A program made the position numbers and the translations under genes. 64,000 nt of DNA from Candidatus Beckwithbacteria bacterium (GTDB lineage Bacteria; Patescibacteriota; Microgenomatia; UBA1400; UBA1449). Positions 29,174 to 37,902 of this stretch are shown here, piece after piece (the stretch's first letter is position 1; the number at the start of each line of letters is the position of its first letter). The stretch spans positions 7,733 through 71,732 of the forward strand of contig JAAZOH010000016.1 of the NCBI GenBank assembly GCA_012797845.1. Direction: 5' to 3'. Under the pieces are notes generated by a model that saw nothing but the letters and a program-made list of their open reading frames with translations, made no database searches and was not told the origin of the DNA.

Positions 29174-29448
29174 AGTAATTCTTGGGCTAGTTGAAATTTA
29201 ATGCCGTATGGTATCAAATCTTTGGGGCCTACGCTTGATAAGATGCGAACTACTCCGACTACTTGGTCTCCGATTTTGGGTTCTAATAGAGTCGCTGCAA
29301 TAGGCGCTGTTATTTTCTTGCTACCCAAGTCAACAATCCCAATCCATTGTTTATTAGCTTGATTATGAGTAATGCTCATAATAATGCCTTTTTTACCTAA
29401 GAGTTCATGTTGCTGCTTTGCTTTACGCCAATATAGTGCTGGTTCCAT
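29170..29448 (-). CDS. DUF35-like OB-fold protein (thiolase/HMGCS scaffold homologue) lacking the N-terminal zinc ribbon
   Basis: 92 aa with the GKKGIIMSITH...WIGIVDL...IGDQVVGVV pattern of DUF35 OB folds. Directly downstream of the thiolase and HMG-CoA synthase genes, as in the archaeal operon. Confidence 0.45.
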   Translation of the reverse strand: MEPALYWRKAKQQHELLGKKGIIMSITHNQANKQWIGIVDLGSKKITAPIAATLLEPKIGDQVVGVVRILSSVGPKDLIPYGIKFQLAQELL

Positions 29449-29453
29449 AGGTT

Positions 29454-30608
29454 TTAACGGATTAAAACATGGACCACAGCTGTGCCCCCTGTTCCTCCCA
29501 CATTATGAGTAACTGCCACCAGGGCTTCATCAACTTGGCGTTGGCCAGCTACTTGACGCAGTTGAGTAGTAGCTTCTACGATTTGTTTTACACCAGTTGC
29601 TCCCAAGGGGTGGCCACAGGCTTTCAAGCCACCAGAAGTATTGATAGGTTGTTTTCCTCCTAACCAGGTTTCTTGCTTGGTGATATGGCCATACGCTTCG
29701 CCTTGTCTATAAAGCCCTAAATCTTCCATGGCTACAATTTCGGCAATGGTAAAACAATCATGAACTTCAACACAATTAATATCAGCAGCAGTAATACCAG
29801 CCTGGGCGTAGGCAGTTTTGGCAGCTTGTTTACTGGCTGATAAGCTGGTTAAACTTTGGCGGCTGGCCAGCGATAAGCTGTCTTGGGCTTGAGCTGAACC
29901 ATTGATATAGACTCCATTTTTGAGCTGTTTTTTCTTAGCCCAGGAAGGAGCCGCCAAAAATACGGCTGCTGCCCCATCGCTAATAGGCGAACAGTCCAAA
30001 ACTTTGAGCGGGTCAGCTACTTTTGAACTTTTAATCACTTGCTCTAAACTAATTTGATTTTGAAAATGAGCCTTTTGGTTTAAATAACCATGGTAGTGAT
30101 TTTTGACGGCTACTTGAGCCAAATCAGCTTCGCTAGCCCCAAATTTGGCAATATAAGCCTGAGCTATCAAAGCATAAAGTCCTGGAAAATTAAGACCTGC
30201 TAAGTACTCATCTTGATCCGCCGCTGCCATGATGGCTTGGCTAATCTGCTCACTATCAGCATCCGTCATTTTCTCTACTCCTATTACTAAAGCATTGGCA
30301 ATAGCTCCACTAGCAATGGCCTGAACAGCTTGGAAAACCGCCATTCCTCCCGAAGCACAAGCTCCTTCAACCCGAGTCACCGGAGCACTAATACCAAGCT
30401 CCTGAGCTAGCTGCGCTCCTAAATGTTTTTGCCCAAAGCCATTACCACCCAGCATGTTACCTATATACACAGCTTCAACTGAAGCAGTTGTAGCTCCAGC
30501 ATCAGCCAAACACCCTATAGCTGCCTCATGCATCAGATCAGTTAAACTTTGATCCCACAGTTCCCCAAATTGCGTTTGGTAGGCTCCACAGACTGCGACT
30601 TTGTTCAT
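29454..30608 (-). CDS. Acetoacetyl-CoA thiolase, archaeal/SCP2-type
   Basis: EGACASGGMAV catalytic Cys region, C-terminal GHPLGATG and NVGGTGG motifs. 384 aa. Confidence 0.8.
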   Translation of the reverse strand: MNKVAVCGAYQTQFGELWDQSLTDLMHEAAIGCLADAGATTASVEAVYIGNMLGGNGFGQKHLGAQLAQELGISAPVTRVEGACASGGMAVFQAVQAIASGAIANALVIGVEKMTDADSEQISQAIMAAADQDEYLAGLNFPGLYALIAQAYIAKFGASEADLAQVAVKNHYHGYLNQKAHFQNQISLEQVIKSSKVADPLKVLDCSPISDGAAAVFLAAPSWAKKKQLKNGVYINGSAQAQDSLSLASRQSLTSLSASKQAAKTAYAQAGITAADINCVEVHDCFTIAEIVAMEDLGLYRQGEAYGHITKQETWLGGKQPINTSGGLKACGHPLGATGVKQIVEATTQLRQVAGQRQVDEALVAVTHNVGGTGGTAVVHVLIR

Positions 30609-31660
30609 AGATTTCTTTCTAGTATGCCCATTGCTTGTAAATACTGGTCATAACTTAGTTGCTTAGTTTGGTTAATTTGTTTTGTAAAAGCTTCTTGTTC
30701 CTGCTTGGTTCCATTTTTAAGAACGTTAAACCAGATGATATCTGAACCTGCTCCTGAACCATAGGAGGCCAGCAGAATGTTTTGGCCTTTTTTGGCAAAA
30801 GCTAATGTCCGGCACAGACCCAGTAGCGATGAGGCTGAATAAGGATTGCCAATATCTTTGACCGTAAAACCAGCCTCAAGCTGTTTGGAGTTGATTTTGA
30901 GTTTTTGGGCTAATTTCAGAGGAAATTTACCATTGGGCATATGAAAAACAATGTGATCAAAGTCGTCTAGTTTGGCTTTAGTTTTTTGCAAAAAATAAGC
31001 CAAGTTGCTTTCGATATGGTGGAAATAGCCTGGTTCACCACTAAAACGACCGGCATGTTGGGGAAAAATCTGCTCTGGACGGCGCCAAAAATCAGGCGTG
31101 TCAGTGGCATAAGAAGAGGTCGCTACCACTTTGGCTCGACCTGGTCGGCAGCCAATAATGAGGGCTACAGCGGCACTGGCAGCCGCGTATTCTAAAACGT
31201 CACTGGGTTGGCTTTGGGCTTTATCGCTGCCGATAATCAGGGCAGCTTTAATCATTTGAGCTTCGACTAAACCACTGCCAATTTGTAAACCACTGGTTCC
31301 AGCTTTGCAGGCAAATTCCAAGTCTGCACAAAAGTAATGAGGTGATAATCCTAACCAGGAAGCCACAATACTACCCGAAGGTTTGACCGCATAAGGATGG
31401 GATTCACTACCCATCAACACTGCTCCAATTTGATTTTTGGCATAATTTGAGCCAGCTAAAGCCCGACCAGCTGCCATGATAGCCATCGTAATGGCATCTT
31501 CATCCCAGTTTGCTATCGACTTTTGATAAAGTCCTAAAGAGCTACTAATACTAGCTCCATCTTCCTGATAAGTTTGAGCAATAGTATCGACTGTAATTCG
31601 GCCCGAAGGAATATAGCTGGCAATTGTATCTAGATAAACGTGTTGTAATTTCTTAATCAT
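30605..31660 (-). CDS. mvaS: HMG-CoA synthase, short archaeal-type
   Basis: 351 aa, catalytic Cys in FCADLEFACKAGTSGL, GSGAGSD C-terminal motif. 4-nt overlap with thiolase. Confidence 0.8.
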   Translation of the reverse strand: MIKKLQHVYLDTIASYIPSGRITVDTIAQTYQEDGASISSSLGLYQKSIANWDEDAITMAIMAAGRALAGSNYAKNQIGAVLMGSESHPYAVKPSGSIVASWLGLSPHYFCADLEFACKAGTSGLQIGSGLVEAQMIKAALIIGSDKAQSQPSDVLEYAAASAAVALIIGCRPGRAKVVATSSYATDTPDFWRRPEQIFPQHAGRFSGEPGYFHHIESNLAYFLQKTKAKLDDFDHIVFHMPNGKFPLKLAQKLKINSKQLEAGFTVKDIGNPYSASSLLGLCRTLAFAKKGQNILLASYGSGAGSDIIWFNVLKNGTKQEQEAFTKQINQTKQLSYDQYLQAMGILERNL

Positions 31661-32801
31661 GTTTCCCTCTGCCTAAACTTTGGTGAGCACAAGCCAGTTG
31701 GTTACTAGCTAAAGCTGCAGTCAAAGATAATTCTCCTGCCAAAACCACAGCCCCAATAATTTCAGCCAAATATGAAGCACTACCTGTAAAAGGCTTATCA
31801 ATTCCTAAAATAGTCAAGGCCTCCTGCTGAGTGGGCAAATGAGTTCCTCCACCCACGGTACCCACCATAAGACTGGGCAGGTAAACTGAAAAATAAAGCT
31901 TATCTCCATCTAGTTCCGCACTGGTTACACCCAGACTACCTTCAACTATATGAGCTAAATCCTGACCAGTTGCCAGATAGGTAGCCGCAACGATATTGGC
32001 AAAATGGCCGTTATAGCCTAAAGAGCCGTGCAGAGCCGAACCCAAAAGCTGTTTTGATTGCACAGTTTCCACTATGTTTTGTGGTGAGGTTTTTAAAACT
32101 GTTTCGACAATTTCTTTGGCAATAATAGTTTCAGCCCAGACTTTTTTGCCTCGACCTGATAAAAATGTTGACCAAGCTGGTTTTTTATCAACACAAGCAT
32201 TGCCTGATAAAATTGTGGTCACTTCAAATTTTTTGCTGATAAAATCTAACATTGCCTGAGTGGCCATGGTAACCATATTCATACCCATAGCTTCGGCCGT
32301 ATCAAAACTAAAACGCAGATACAGATGTTTGCCAGCCAGCTGGTATTGCCAGTTTTGTAAGGCAAGATGTGACTCGGTTTCATGAGCCAAGGTTTTCAGT
32401 TCTTCCCAATGCGTATCAATAAAAGCAATAATTTGTCTACCTTGAGCAATGTTGGTGAGTTTGAGGTGAGGACCTCTGGAAGCCCCCACATTTTCATGAA
32501 AACTGGTAATACCACCAGACAAACGAGTCGCTTTTAAACCTCGATTAATACTGGCAAGCAAAGCTCCTTCGGTAGTTGCCAAAGGAATATCCAGCTCTTT
32601 TTGCCCAAACTGATCTGAGTTTAAAAGGAGTGGACCAGCTATTCCCATCGGTACTTGAGCAATACCAATCATTTGCTCGCAGTTGCGATTTTGAGCTAAG
32701 TTTAAGTCAATAACTGCTCCGCCAATGTGGGGTAGTTTTTTTGATAACTTAGTTTCTAGACTAGCTCGTCTATCTTGAGGATTTATAGTAGTACGGTTCA
32801 T
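31653..32801 (-). CDS. hmgA: HMG-CoA reductase, class I catalytic domain
   Basis: VPMGIAGPL, TTEGALLAS, EAMGMNMV, GNACVDKKP, GTVGGGT motifs. Confidence 0.85.
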   Translation of the reverse strand: MNRTTINPQDRRASLETKLSKKLPHIGGAVIDLNLAQNRNCEQMIGIAQVPMGIAGPLLLNSDQFGQKELDIPLATTEGALLASINRGLKATRLSGGITSFHENVGASRGPHLKLTNIAQGRQIIAFIDTHWEELKTLAHETESHLALQNWQYQLAGKHLYLRFSFDTAEAMGMNMVTMATQAMLDFISKKFEVTTILSGNACVDKKPAWSTFLSGRGKKVWAETIIAKEIVETVLKTSPQNIVETVQSKQLLGSALHGSLGYNGHFANIVAATYLATGQDLAHIVEGSLGVTSAELDGDKLYFSVYLPSLMVGTVGGGTHLPTQQEALTILGIDKPFTGSASYLAEIIGAVVLAGELSLTAALASNQLACAHQSLGRGKHD

Positions 32802-33175
32802 TTACTTTTTTTGATCTTAATAACTTGCCATAGCCAAAATCCTAAATAGAGAAAGCTCAGAAAAGACAGGAGTAAAACCAGACTAATCGAGGCTTTAGTT
32901 AAAAAACCCCATTGCCCTGGCGGTGCATCAATGAGTCTGCGACCAAGCCAAATAGTTGCTAAACCACCAGCAAACACATAGGCTGGAAAACCAAAAATTA
33001 AAATAATTTGCGAAAAATCCTGTTCCCGAAACATAGCTCGCACCGTCTGGAACGGATGTGTAACTAGTCCCAACCAGTTGCGGACAAAAAGATAGCCTTC
33101 TTTAATAGAAAGTAAAATGGAGTATTTAACTATCCTGGTCGAAGTAGCTTGACTGGTAAAGATAAGCTTTAGCAA
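32798..33175 (-). CDS. Small membrane protein, candidate anti-sigma factor
   Basis: Three hydrophobic segments; overlaps the 3' end of the ECF sigma gene. Confidence 0.3.
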   Translation of the reverse strand: MLKLIFTSQATSTRIVKYSILLSIKEGYLFVRNWLGLVTHPFQTVRAMFREQDFSQIILIFGFPAYVFAGGLATIWLGRRLIDAPPGQWGFLTKASISLVLLLSFLSFLYLGFWLWQVIKIKKSK

Positions 33176-33692
33176 AGGCTAAACGGGCTCGAGACAATCT
33201 CGATTCTGCAGCTTTATAACTGATCTGTAGCTGGGCAGCAATAGCATGCACGCTCAAACCTTCCATATATCTTAGTCGTAAAATCTTAGCATTTCCTTCG
33301 CTCAGTTTTTTAAAGGTGGCAAAAATCTTAAGTTTTGCCTCTTTTTCTTCTAAAGCCAGTTGTGGTCCCAAAGCTTTATCAACAATTTGCTCTAAAAATG
33401 GGAATTTGGAAAACAGCAAAGTTTTAATCTTTTTACGCCGGTAGTAATCAACCAACTCGTGATGGGCAATAGCTCTGACCCAGGTTTTGAAACTGCTTTG
33501 ACCTTTATAGGTAGGCAAGCTATCAAAAACAGCTAAGATAGTATCTTGAATTATTTCTTCTCTATCTCGGCTGTTGCTGATTTTATGATCAAAATACGTA
33601 GCTAAATACGGTTTTAATTTTCGGTAAAATTGCAGCACAGAGCGTGGTTTTTCCAAAATGACATTGGTAAGTTGCTGCTCATTAAATTCCAT
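33126..33692 (-). CDS. ECF-type RNA polymerase sigma-70 family factor
   Basis: Region 2 (IIQDTILAVFDSL...FKTWVRAIAHHELVDYYRRKK) and region 4 HTH (LRYMEGLSVHAIAAQLQISYKAAESRLSRARLAF). Confidence 0.7.
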   Translation of the reverse strand: MEFNEQQLTNVILEKPRSVLQFYRKLKPYLATYFDHKISNSRDREEIIQDTILAVFDSLPTYKGQSSFKTWVRAIAHHELVDYYRRKKIKTLLFSKFPFLEQIVDKALGPQLALEEKEAKLKIFATFKKLSEGNAKILRLRYMEGLSVHAIAAQLQISYKAAESRLSRARLAFAKAYLYQSSYFDQDS

Positions 33693-33693
33693 A

Positions 33694-34740
33694 TTATTTA
33701 TTTCTACTTAGCATAAATTCTAACAAATTTTTCAGCGTATCCTGATGCTTTTTATTATCTGTGAGTTCTGGGATGAGTTTCAACCCTTCTTCAAAATAGT
33801 CTTGAGCTTGAGACTGAGCCGCTTCTACTACTTTATATGTTCGCATGAATTGTTTAATAGTAGCAATATTTTGGTCGTTACGAACTTTTTTTGCAAATAA
33901 TCTTTCAAAAGTTTTTTTATCAGCCTCTTTAAGTTTTTGGTATAAAATTTCAATAAGAACCGTCCACTTAGCTTCTCTAATATCACCACTATTAGTTTTA
34001 CCAGTTTGGCTTTCATCACCAAAACTACCAATAATATCATCCTGGATTTGGAAAATCCGACCTAAGCATTGACCATATTGCTCTAATGTTGCCAGCCACT
34101 TTTTGTCTTGTTGTCCCGCTAGTATTGCCCCCAACATCAGCGGTAAAACTCCCGAATAGCTGACCGTTTTAAAATCATGGATATATTGGGCCGAGCTTTG
34201 CTTGGCAGCAAGTGATATATATGGTGTACTCATATCCCAACCTTGCCCCCAACCGACTTCTACAGCCTTTTTGAAAAAATAGTTTAAAGCTTTGATTTTT
34301 ACATCTGGTTCAAAATTGGTGTGTTCTAAAGCTAAGGGAGCTAAGTAAAAACCAATGTTGGCCGTATTAAAAGCCATGCTATAACCATAATGCAAAGGTT
34401 TATCTTGGGCCCACTGTATATGAATAGTCGGCTGACCACGTCTTACCTCATCATTATCATAAACATCATCAGCAATCAGTCCTGCGGTCTGGAGTAGCTC
34501 CACCATCATCGAAGCTTTATAGATACAAGCTTGACGTTTACCTCCTGATAAATGATACGCTAAAACAACTAATGCTCCTCGAAACTGCTTGCCTTTAGGA
34601 TAAAGCTCTACAAATTTTTCTAAAATTTGCTCTGGAATAACTCCTGTTTGTTTAGCTTGTTTTTGCCAAGAGCTAAAAAAATTTTGCCAATATGGTTTAA
34701 CTTTACTTTGATAGTCTTGCAGAAAATCTTCAATTTGCAT
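33694..34740 (-). CDS. trans-Isoprenyl (polyprenyl) diphosphate synthase
   Basis: First DDxxD (LIADDVYDND) and second (FQIQDDIIGSFGD) aspartate-rich motifs. Confidence 0.8.
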   Translation of the reverse strand: MQIEDFLQDYQSKVKPYWQNFFSSWQKQAKQTGVIPEQILEKFVELYPKGKQFRGALVVLAYHLSGGKRQACIYKASMMVELLQTAGLIADDVYDNDEVRRGQPTIHIQWAQDKPLHYGYSMAFNTANIGFYLAPLALEHTNFEPDVKIKALNYFFKKAVEVGWGQGWDMSTPYISLAAKQSSAQYIHDFKTVSYSGVLPLMLGAILAGQQDKKWLATLEQYGQCLGRIFQIQDDIIGSFGDESQTGKTNSGDIREAKWTVLIEILYQKLKEADKKTFERLFAKKVRNDQNIATIKQFMRTYKVVEAAQSQAQDYFEEGLKLIPELTDNKKHQDTLKNLLEFMLSRNK

Positions 34741-34759
34741 ATGCTGATTGTATCAGGCC

Positions 34760-34768
34760 TGGTATAAT
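34760..34768 (+). promoter_or_regulatory. Extended -10 (TGGTATAAT) candidate promoter for the pilin-like gene array
   Basis: TGnTATAAT consensus 36 nt upstream of the first pilin-like ATG; no good -35. Confidence 0.3.
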
Positions 34769-34803
34769 TGGTATAGTAAAATTGTTTAAAATAACTTTAT
34801 TAT

Positions 34804-35133
34804 ATGTTTCAAGTAAATATCGGTGAAAAGTTTATTTTAGGTGAAGGAGGGGTAGGCATAGGAACCAGCAATAGTGGCTATGACACCCTGGGTATAGTGA
34901 TATCAAATTTAGTTCCTAATATTTTAGTTATTGCTAATATTATTTTGTTTTTCTTTATTTTATTTGGTGGATTTACTATCATTACAAATGCCGGCAATCC
35001 TGACAAGCAAGCTGAAGGAACCAAAACATTAACTTGGGCTTTTGTTGGTTTTTTGATTATTTTTGGAGCTTATTGGATTATGCAAATTCTTAAAATCATT
35101 ACTGGCTTTGATTTACTTAATAGCCAATTGTAA
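34804..35133 (+). CDS. VirB2/TrbC-like pilin family protein, paralogue 1
   Basis: Two hydrophobic helices flanking the conserved loop GGFTIITNAGNPDKQAEGTKTLTWAFVGF. All 7 paralogues share GG(F/I)xW(I/T)TSxGDxxK...A(K/R)xx(I/T)xxAxxGL. Confidence 0.5.
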   Translation: MFQVNIGEKFILGEGGVGIGTSNSGYDTLGIVISNLVPNILVIANIILFFFILFGGFTIITNAGNPDKQAEGTKTLTWAFVGFLIIFGAYWIMQILKIITGFDLLNSQL

Positions 35134-35142
35134 AATATACGT

Positions 35143-35505
35143 ATGTTACTTTCACCATTAATCGGTCAATTTACTCCGCCTCCTCAATTTAAAGGACTTT
35201 TAAACCCGAATGGATACGCAGCTGATCCAAGTGGTTTGATCATGCTTATTAGTAATTTGGTTAAATTTTTTATCATTCTGGGTGGTTTAGCTGCATTTGT
35301 CAATTTTCTATTGGCTGGTTTTCAATATATTACCCAAGGAGACAAACCGGATGAACTTTCCCGAATTCATACTAAAATGTATATGTCGATTATTGGCTTA
35401 GTAGTCATGGTAAGCGCAGTAGTATTAACTGGAATTATCAGCTTTATTTTATATGGCGATCCAAGTTTTATTTTAAACCCACAGGTATATGGACCAAATC
35501 CATAA
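35143..35505 (+). CDS. VirB2/TrbC-like pilin family protein, paralogue 2 (divergent)
   Basis: Same two-helix topology; loop AGFQYITQGDKPDELSRIHTKMYMSIIGL. Confidence 0.45.
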   Translation: MLLSPLIGQFTPPPQFKGLLNPNGYAADPSGLIMLISNLVKFFIILGGLAAFVNFLLAGFQYITQGDKPDELSRIHTKMYMSIIGLVVMVSAVVLTGIISFILYGDPSFILNPQVYGPNP

Positions 35506-35511
35506 AAAGGT

Positions 35512-35961
35512 ATGAAATATCTAAAACAAATTTCAATATTTTTTGTTTTACCAATACTATTATTTTTATTGAGCACAACTGCTTTAGCTCAGTACGCCAC
35601 TCCTTTAAATCCTGGCAAGGGTCTTGATGGTGGCATTGGTCCTTATAATGTCCCCATTGGTTCGGGTGATATAGCTTATCTATCAAAATTGGAGTCAATT
35701 TTTTCCATAGTAGTCAGTTTTATGACTATTTTGACTGGCTTATTTTTTATTATTCATTTTGTAATTGGTGGGTTTACCTGGTCTACAGCTGGTGGAGATA
35801 GTCAAAAAGTAGAAACAGCTAAAACTAAAATGACTAATGCTGCTATTGGGTTGATTATTGTAATTGCCTCTTATTCGATTATTTATATTATTGGCAAAGT
35901 ACTTGGTTTGGATATACTTAATGTTGGCAGTTTGATTTATACATATTTACGTCCTAGTTAA
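35512..35961 (+). CDS. VirB2/TrbC-like pilin family protein, paralogue 3
   Basis: Signal peptide ending ALAQ, then GGFTWSTAGGDSQKVETAKTKMTNAAIGLII. Confidence 0.5.
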   Translation: MKYLKQISIFFVLPILLFLLSTTALAQYATPLNPGKGLDGGIGPYNVPIGSGDIAYLSKLESIFSIVVSFMTILTGLFFIIHFVIGGFTWSTAGGDSQKVETAKTKMTNAAIGLIIVIASYSIIYIIGKVLGLDILNVGSLIYTYLRPS

Positions 35962-35966
35962 TATTT

Positions 35967-36326
35967 ATGGCTTTTTTGCAATTTATCCAGATTCCTGGTC
36001 TTTCAGGTATTAAAAATAGCGTTATCAATTCCAGTGAAGGAACGTATAGCGGAGTTGATAATTCAAGTCCTTTAGCTGCCCTGATTGCTAGATTGTGGTT
36101 AGTAGCTGTTATCCTAGGCTCACTGGCTGTAATATTATTTCTAGTCATGGGAGCCATAGATTGGATTTCGAGCGATGGAGATCCTGAAAAAATTAAAAAG
36201 GCTCGTAATAAAATCGTTGATGCTGTTGTTGGTTTGGGAATATTAGTAGCTTCGTTTGCTATTGTGAAATTTTTAGAATGGATATTTGGATTTGATATAT
36301 TAAATATTTCTTGGCCAACTCCATGA
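35967..36326 (+). CDS. VirB2/TrbC-like pilin family protein, paralogue 4
   Basis: MGAIDWISSDGDPEKIKKARNKIVDAVVGLGIL. Confidence 0.5.
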   Translation: MAFLQFIQIPGLSGIKNSVINSSEGTYSGVDNSSPLAALIARLWLVAVILGSLAVILFLVMGAIDWISSDGDPEKIKKARNKIVDAVVGLGILVASFAIVKFLEWIFGFDILNISWPTP

Positions 36327-36784
36327 AAATTAAAACCCTAATCATTTCATGTATTGCTGCTTTTTTTGCCTTTCTTTTTCAAAGTGAGCTGGTTTTTGCT
36401 CAGGTAAACACCGATATTGGTTCAGCTGTATCCCAACATGGATTTTTTAAAGATAATATCGGTACTTTTATTACACAAATCATTAATACTGGTCTTATTT
36501 TAGGTGCTATTCTTTGTCTGTTTTATCTTATTATTGGAGCTATTGAATGGATTACCTCTGAAGGTGATCAAAATAAAAATGAATCAGCTCGAAAAAGAAT
36601 TACTGCTGCAGTAGTCGGTTTAGGGGTTATGGCTTGTATTTATGCCTTATGGGTCTTAGTATTGTATTTCTTTGGTATTGATAAGATTTCTAATTTTAAT
36701 ATTGGCAGTAATCTAAAACACAATTTTTCAAATGTAAGTTCACTATTGAATCATGATGGGATTAGTTATCCTGGTTCTTGCTAA
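36323..36784 (+). CDS. VirB2/TrbC-like pilin family protein, paralogue 5 (start at the ATG overlapping the upstream stop; ORF track gives TTG at 36311)
   Basis: Signal peptide ending VFAQ, then IGAIEWITSEGDQNKNESARKRITAAVVGLGVM. Confidence 0.5.
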   Translation: MKIKTLIISCIAAFFAFLFQSELVFAQVNTDIGSAVSQHGFFKDNIGTFITQIINTGLILGAILCLFYLIIGAIEWITSEGDQNKNESARKRITAAVVGLGVMACIYALWVLVLYFFGIDKISNFNIGSNLKHNFSNVSSLLNHDGISYPGSC

Positions 36785-36920
36785 TCTCTGATAACTTTTA
36801 GGAGTTAGTGTGAATAAATATCTCTCTTGACTTAGCAAAATCTTAAAGTCATAGTATAATAATAGTAAGATAGAATATAAAAAGTATTATTAATATTTTA
36901 ATAAATAATTTACAATTCTT

Positions 36921-37331
36921 TTGAAAGGCGGTGACAGTATGAAACAAGTTACACAAAAAATCATTCAAGCAGCATTGACAGCTGGTGCTGTTATTTTCAC
37001 TACTGTCAGCCCAATACTGGCTCAGGGGAACATAACCATCGAGGAGCCCACTGGTGGAGTTAAAGATTTTGGAAAACTCTTATCTGCTGGTATTCAAACT
37101 GCTATTATTCTTGCAGCCATTCTAACCTTTGCTTTCTTGATTTGGGGAGGTATTCAATGGATTACATCCGGAGGCGATAAAGCTGCTTATGAAGCTGCAA
37201 GAGGTCGAATTACTGCAGCTTTAGTAGGGCTTGCTATTGTAGCCGCAGCTTGGGCTGTTATGAAACTAGTTGGTTATTTCTTTGGAGTTAACGTTTTTGA
37301 TTTTGAAATTCCAACTGCATCAGGAAGTTAG
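36921..37331 (+). CDS. VirB2/TrbC-like pilin family protein, paralogue 6; candidate major subunit (own RBS GGCGGTGA and own terminator)
   Basis: Signal peptide ending ILAQ, then WGGIQWITSGGDKAAYEAARGRITAALVGLAIV. Preceded by a 137-nt AT-rich spacer and followed by a strong terminator. Confidence 0.55.
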   Translation: MKGGDSMKQVTQKIIQAALTAGAVIFTTVSPILAQGNITIEEPTGGVKDFGKLLSAGIQTAIILAAILTFAFLIWGGIQWITSGGDKAAYEAARGRITAALVGLAIVAAAWAVMKLVGYFFGVNVFDFEIPTASGS

Positions 37332-37353
37332 TTTATTCTAAATGCATAAATTT

Positions 37354-37385
37354 AAAAACCCGGCTTTGCCGGGTTTTTTGTTGCG
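37354..37385 (+). terminator. Rho-independent terminator AAAAACCCGGC-TTTG-GCCGGGTTTTTTG
   Basis: Perfect 6-bp GC stem (CCCGGC/GCCGGG) with T6 tail, immediately after pilin paralogue 6. Confidence 0.75.
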
Positions 37386-37418
37386 TTAATATAACTATCA
37401 TGAGAAAATAGTGAATAT

Positions 37419-37844
37419 ATGAAATTGAGCAAAACTCTACTAGCTTCTCCTTTTTTTATTACTTACTTTTTACTGTTCACTGCTAGTGAGGCTTTTGCTC
37501 AATCTAATTGGTATAGCTCCCAAGATGGTAGTAAACCAGCTACCTTTAAAGATTTAGAAATTGTCTTTAGTAATATTTTAGGTTTATTTATTCCTTTGGC
37601 TGGAGCCGCTGTTTTTATTATGATCATTATTGGTGGATTTACCTATATGACTTCTGGCGGCAATCCCGAAGCAAATGCTAAAGCAGGAACCACTTTAACC
37701 TGGGCAGTAGTCGGACTTTTATTTCTTTTAGGTGGTTGGTTTATCCTCCGTTTTATTAGCAACTTTACTGGTGTTGATGTGACTATCTTTACTATTCCTG
37801 CTCCCGCTTCAACCCCTAATCCTTATAGTCAGATGGGTTTTTAG
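37419..37844 (+). CDS. VirB2/TrbC-like pilin family protein, paralogue 7
   Basis: Signal peptide ending AFAQ, then IGGFTYMTSGGNPEANAKAGTTLTWAVVGLLFL (closest to paralogue 1). Confidence 0.5.
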   Translation: MKLSKTLLASPFFITYFLLFTASEAFAQSNWYSSQDGSKPATFKDLEIVFSNILGLFIPLAGAAVFIMIIIGGFTYMTSGGNPEANAKAGTTLTWAVVGLLFLLGGWFILRFISNFTGVDVTIFTIPAPASTPNPYSQMGF

Positions 37845-37902
37845 TTTTTTATCTTAGATACTTCCCTCTACTCTAAGCTTTCTCTCTTGTTATAATGTAG
37901 AT

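Noticed and set aside
33828-34072. Small ORFs on both strands inside the polyprenyl synthase gene
   Set aside because: They are embedded in a gene with both DDxxD motifs intact. They are artefacts.
35367-35698. Minus-strand ORFs antisense to pilin paralogues 2-3
   Set aside because: The plus-strand genes form a conserved paralogous family, and the antisense ORFs have no signals.
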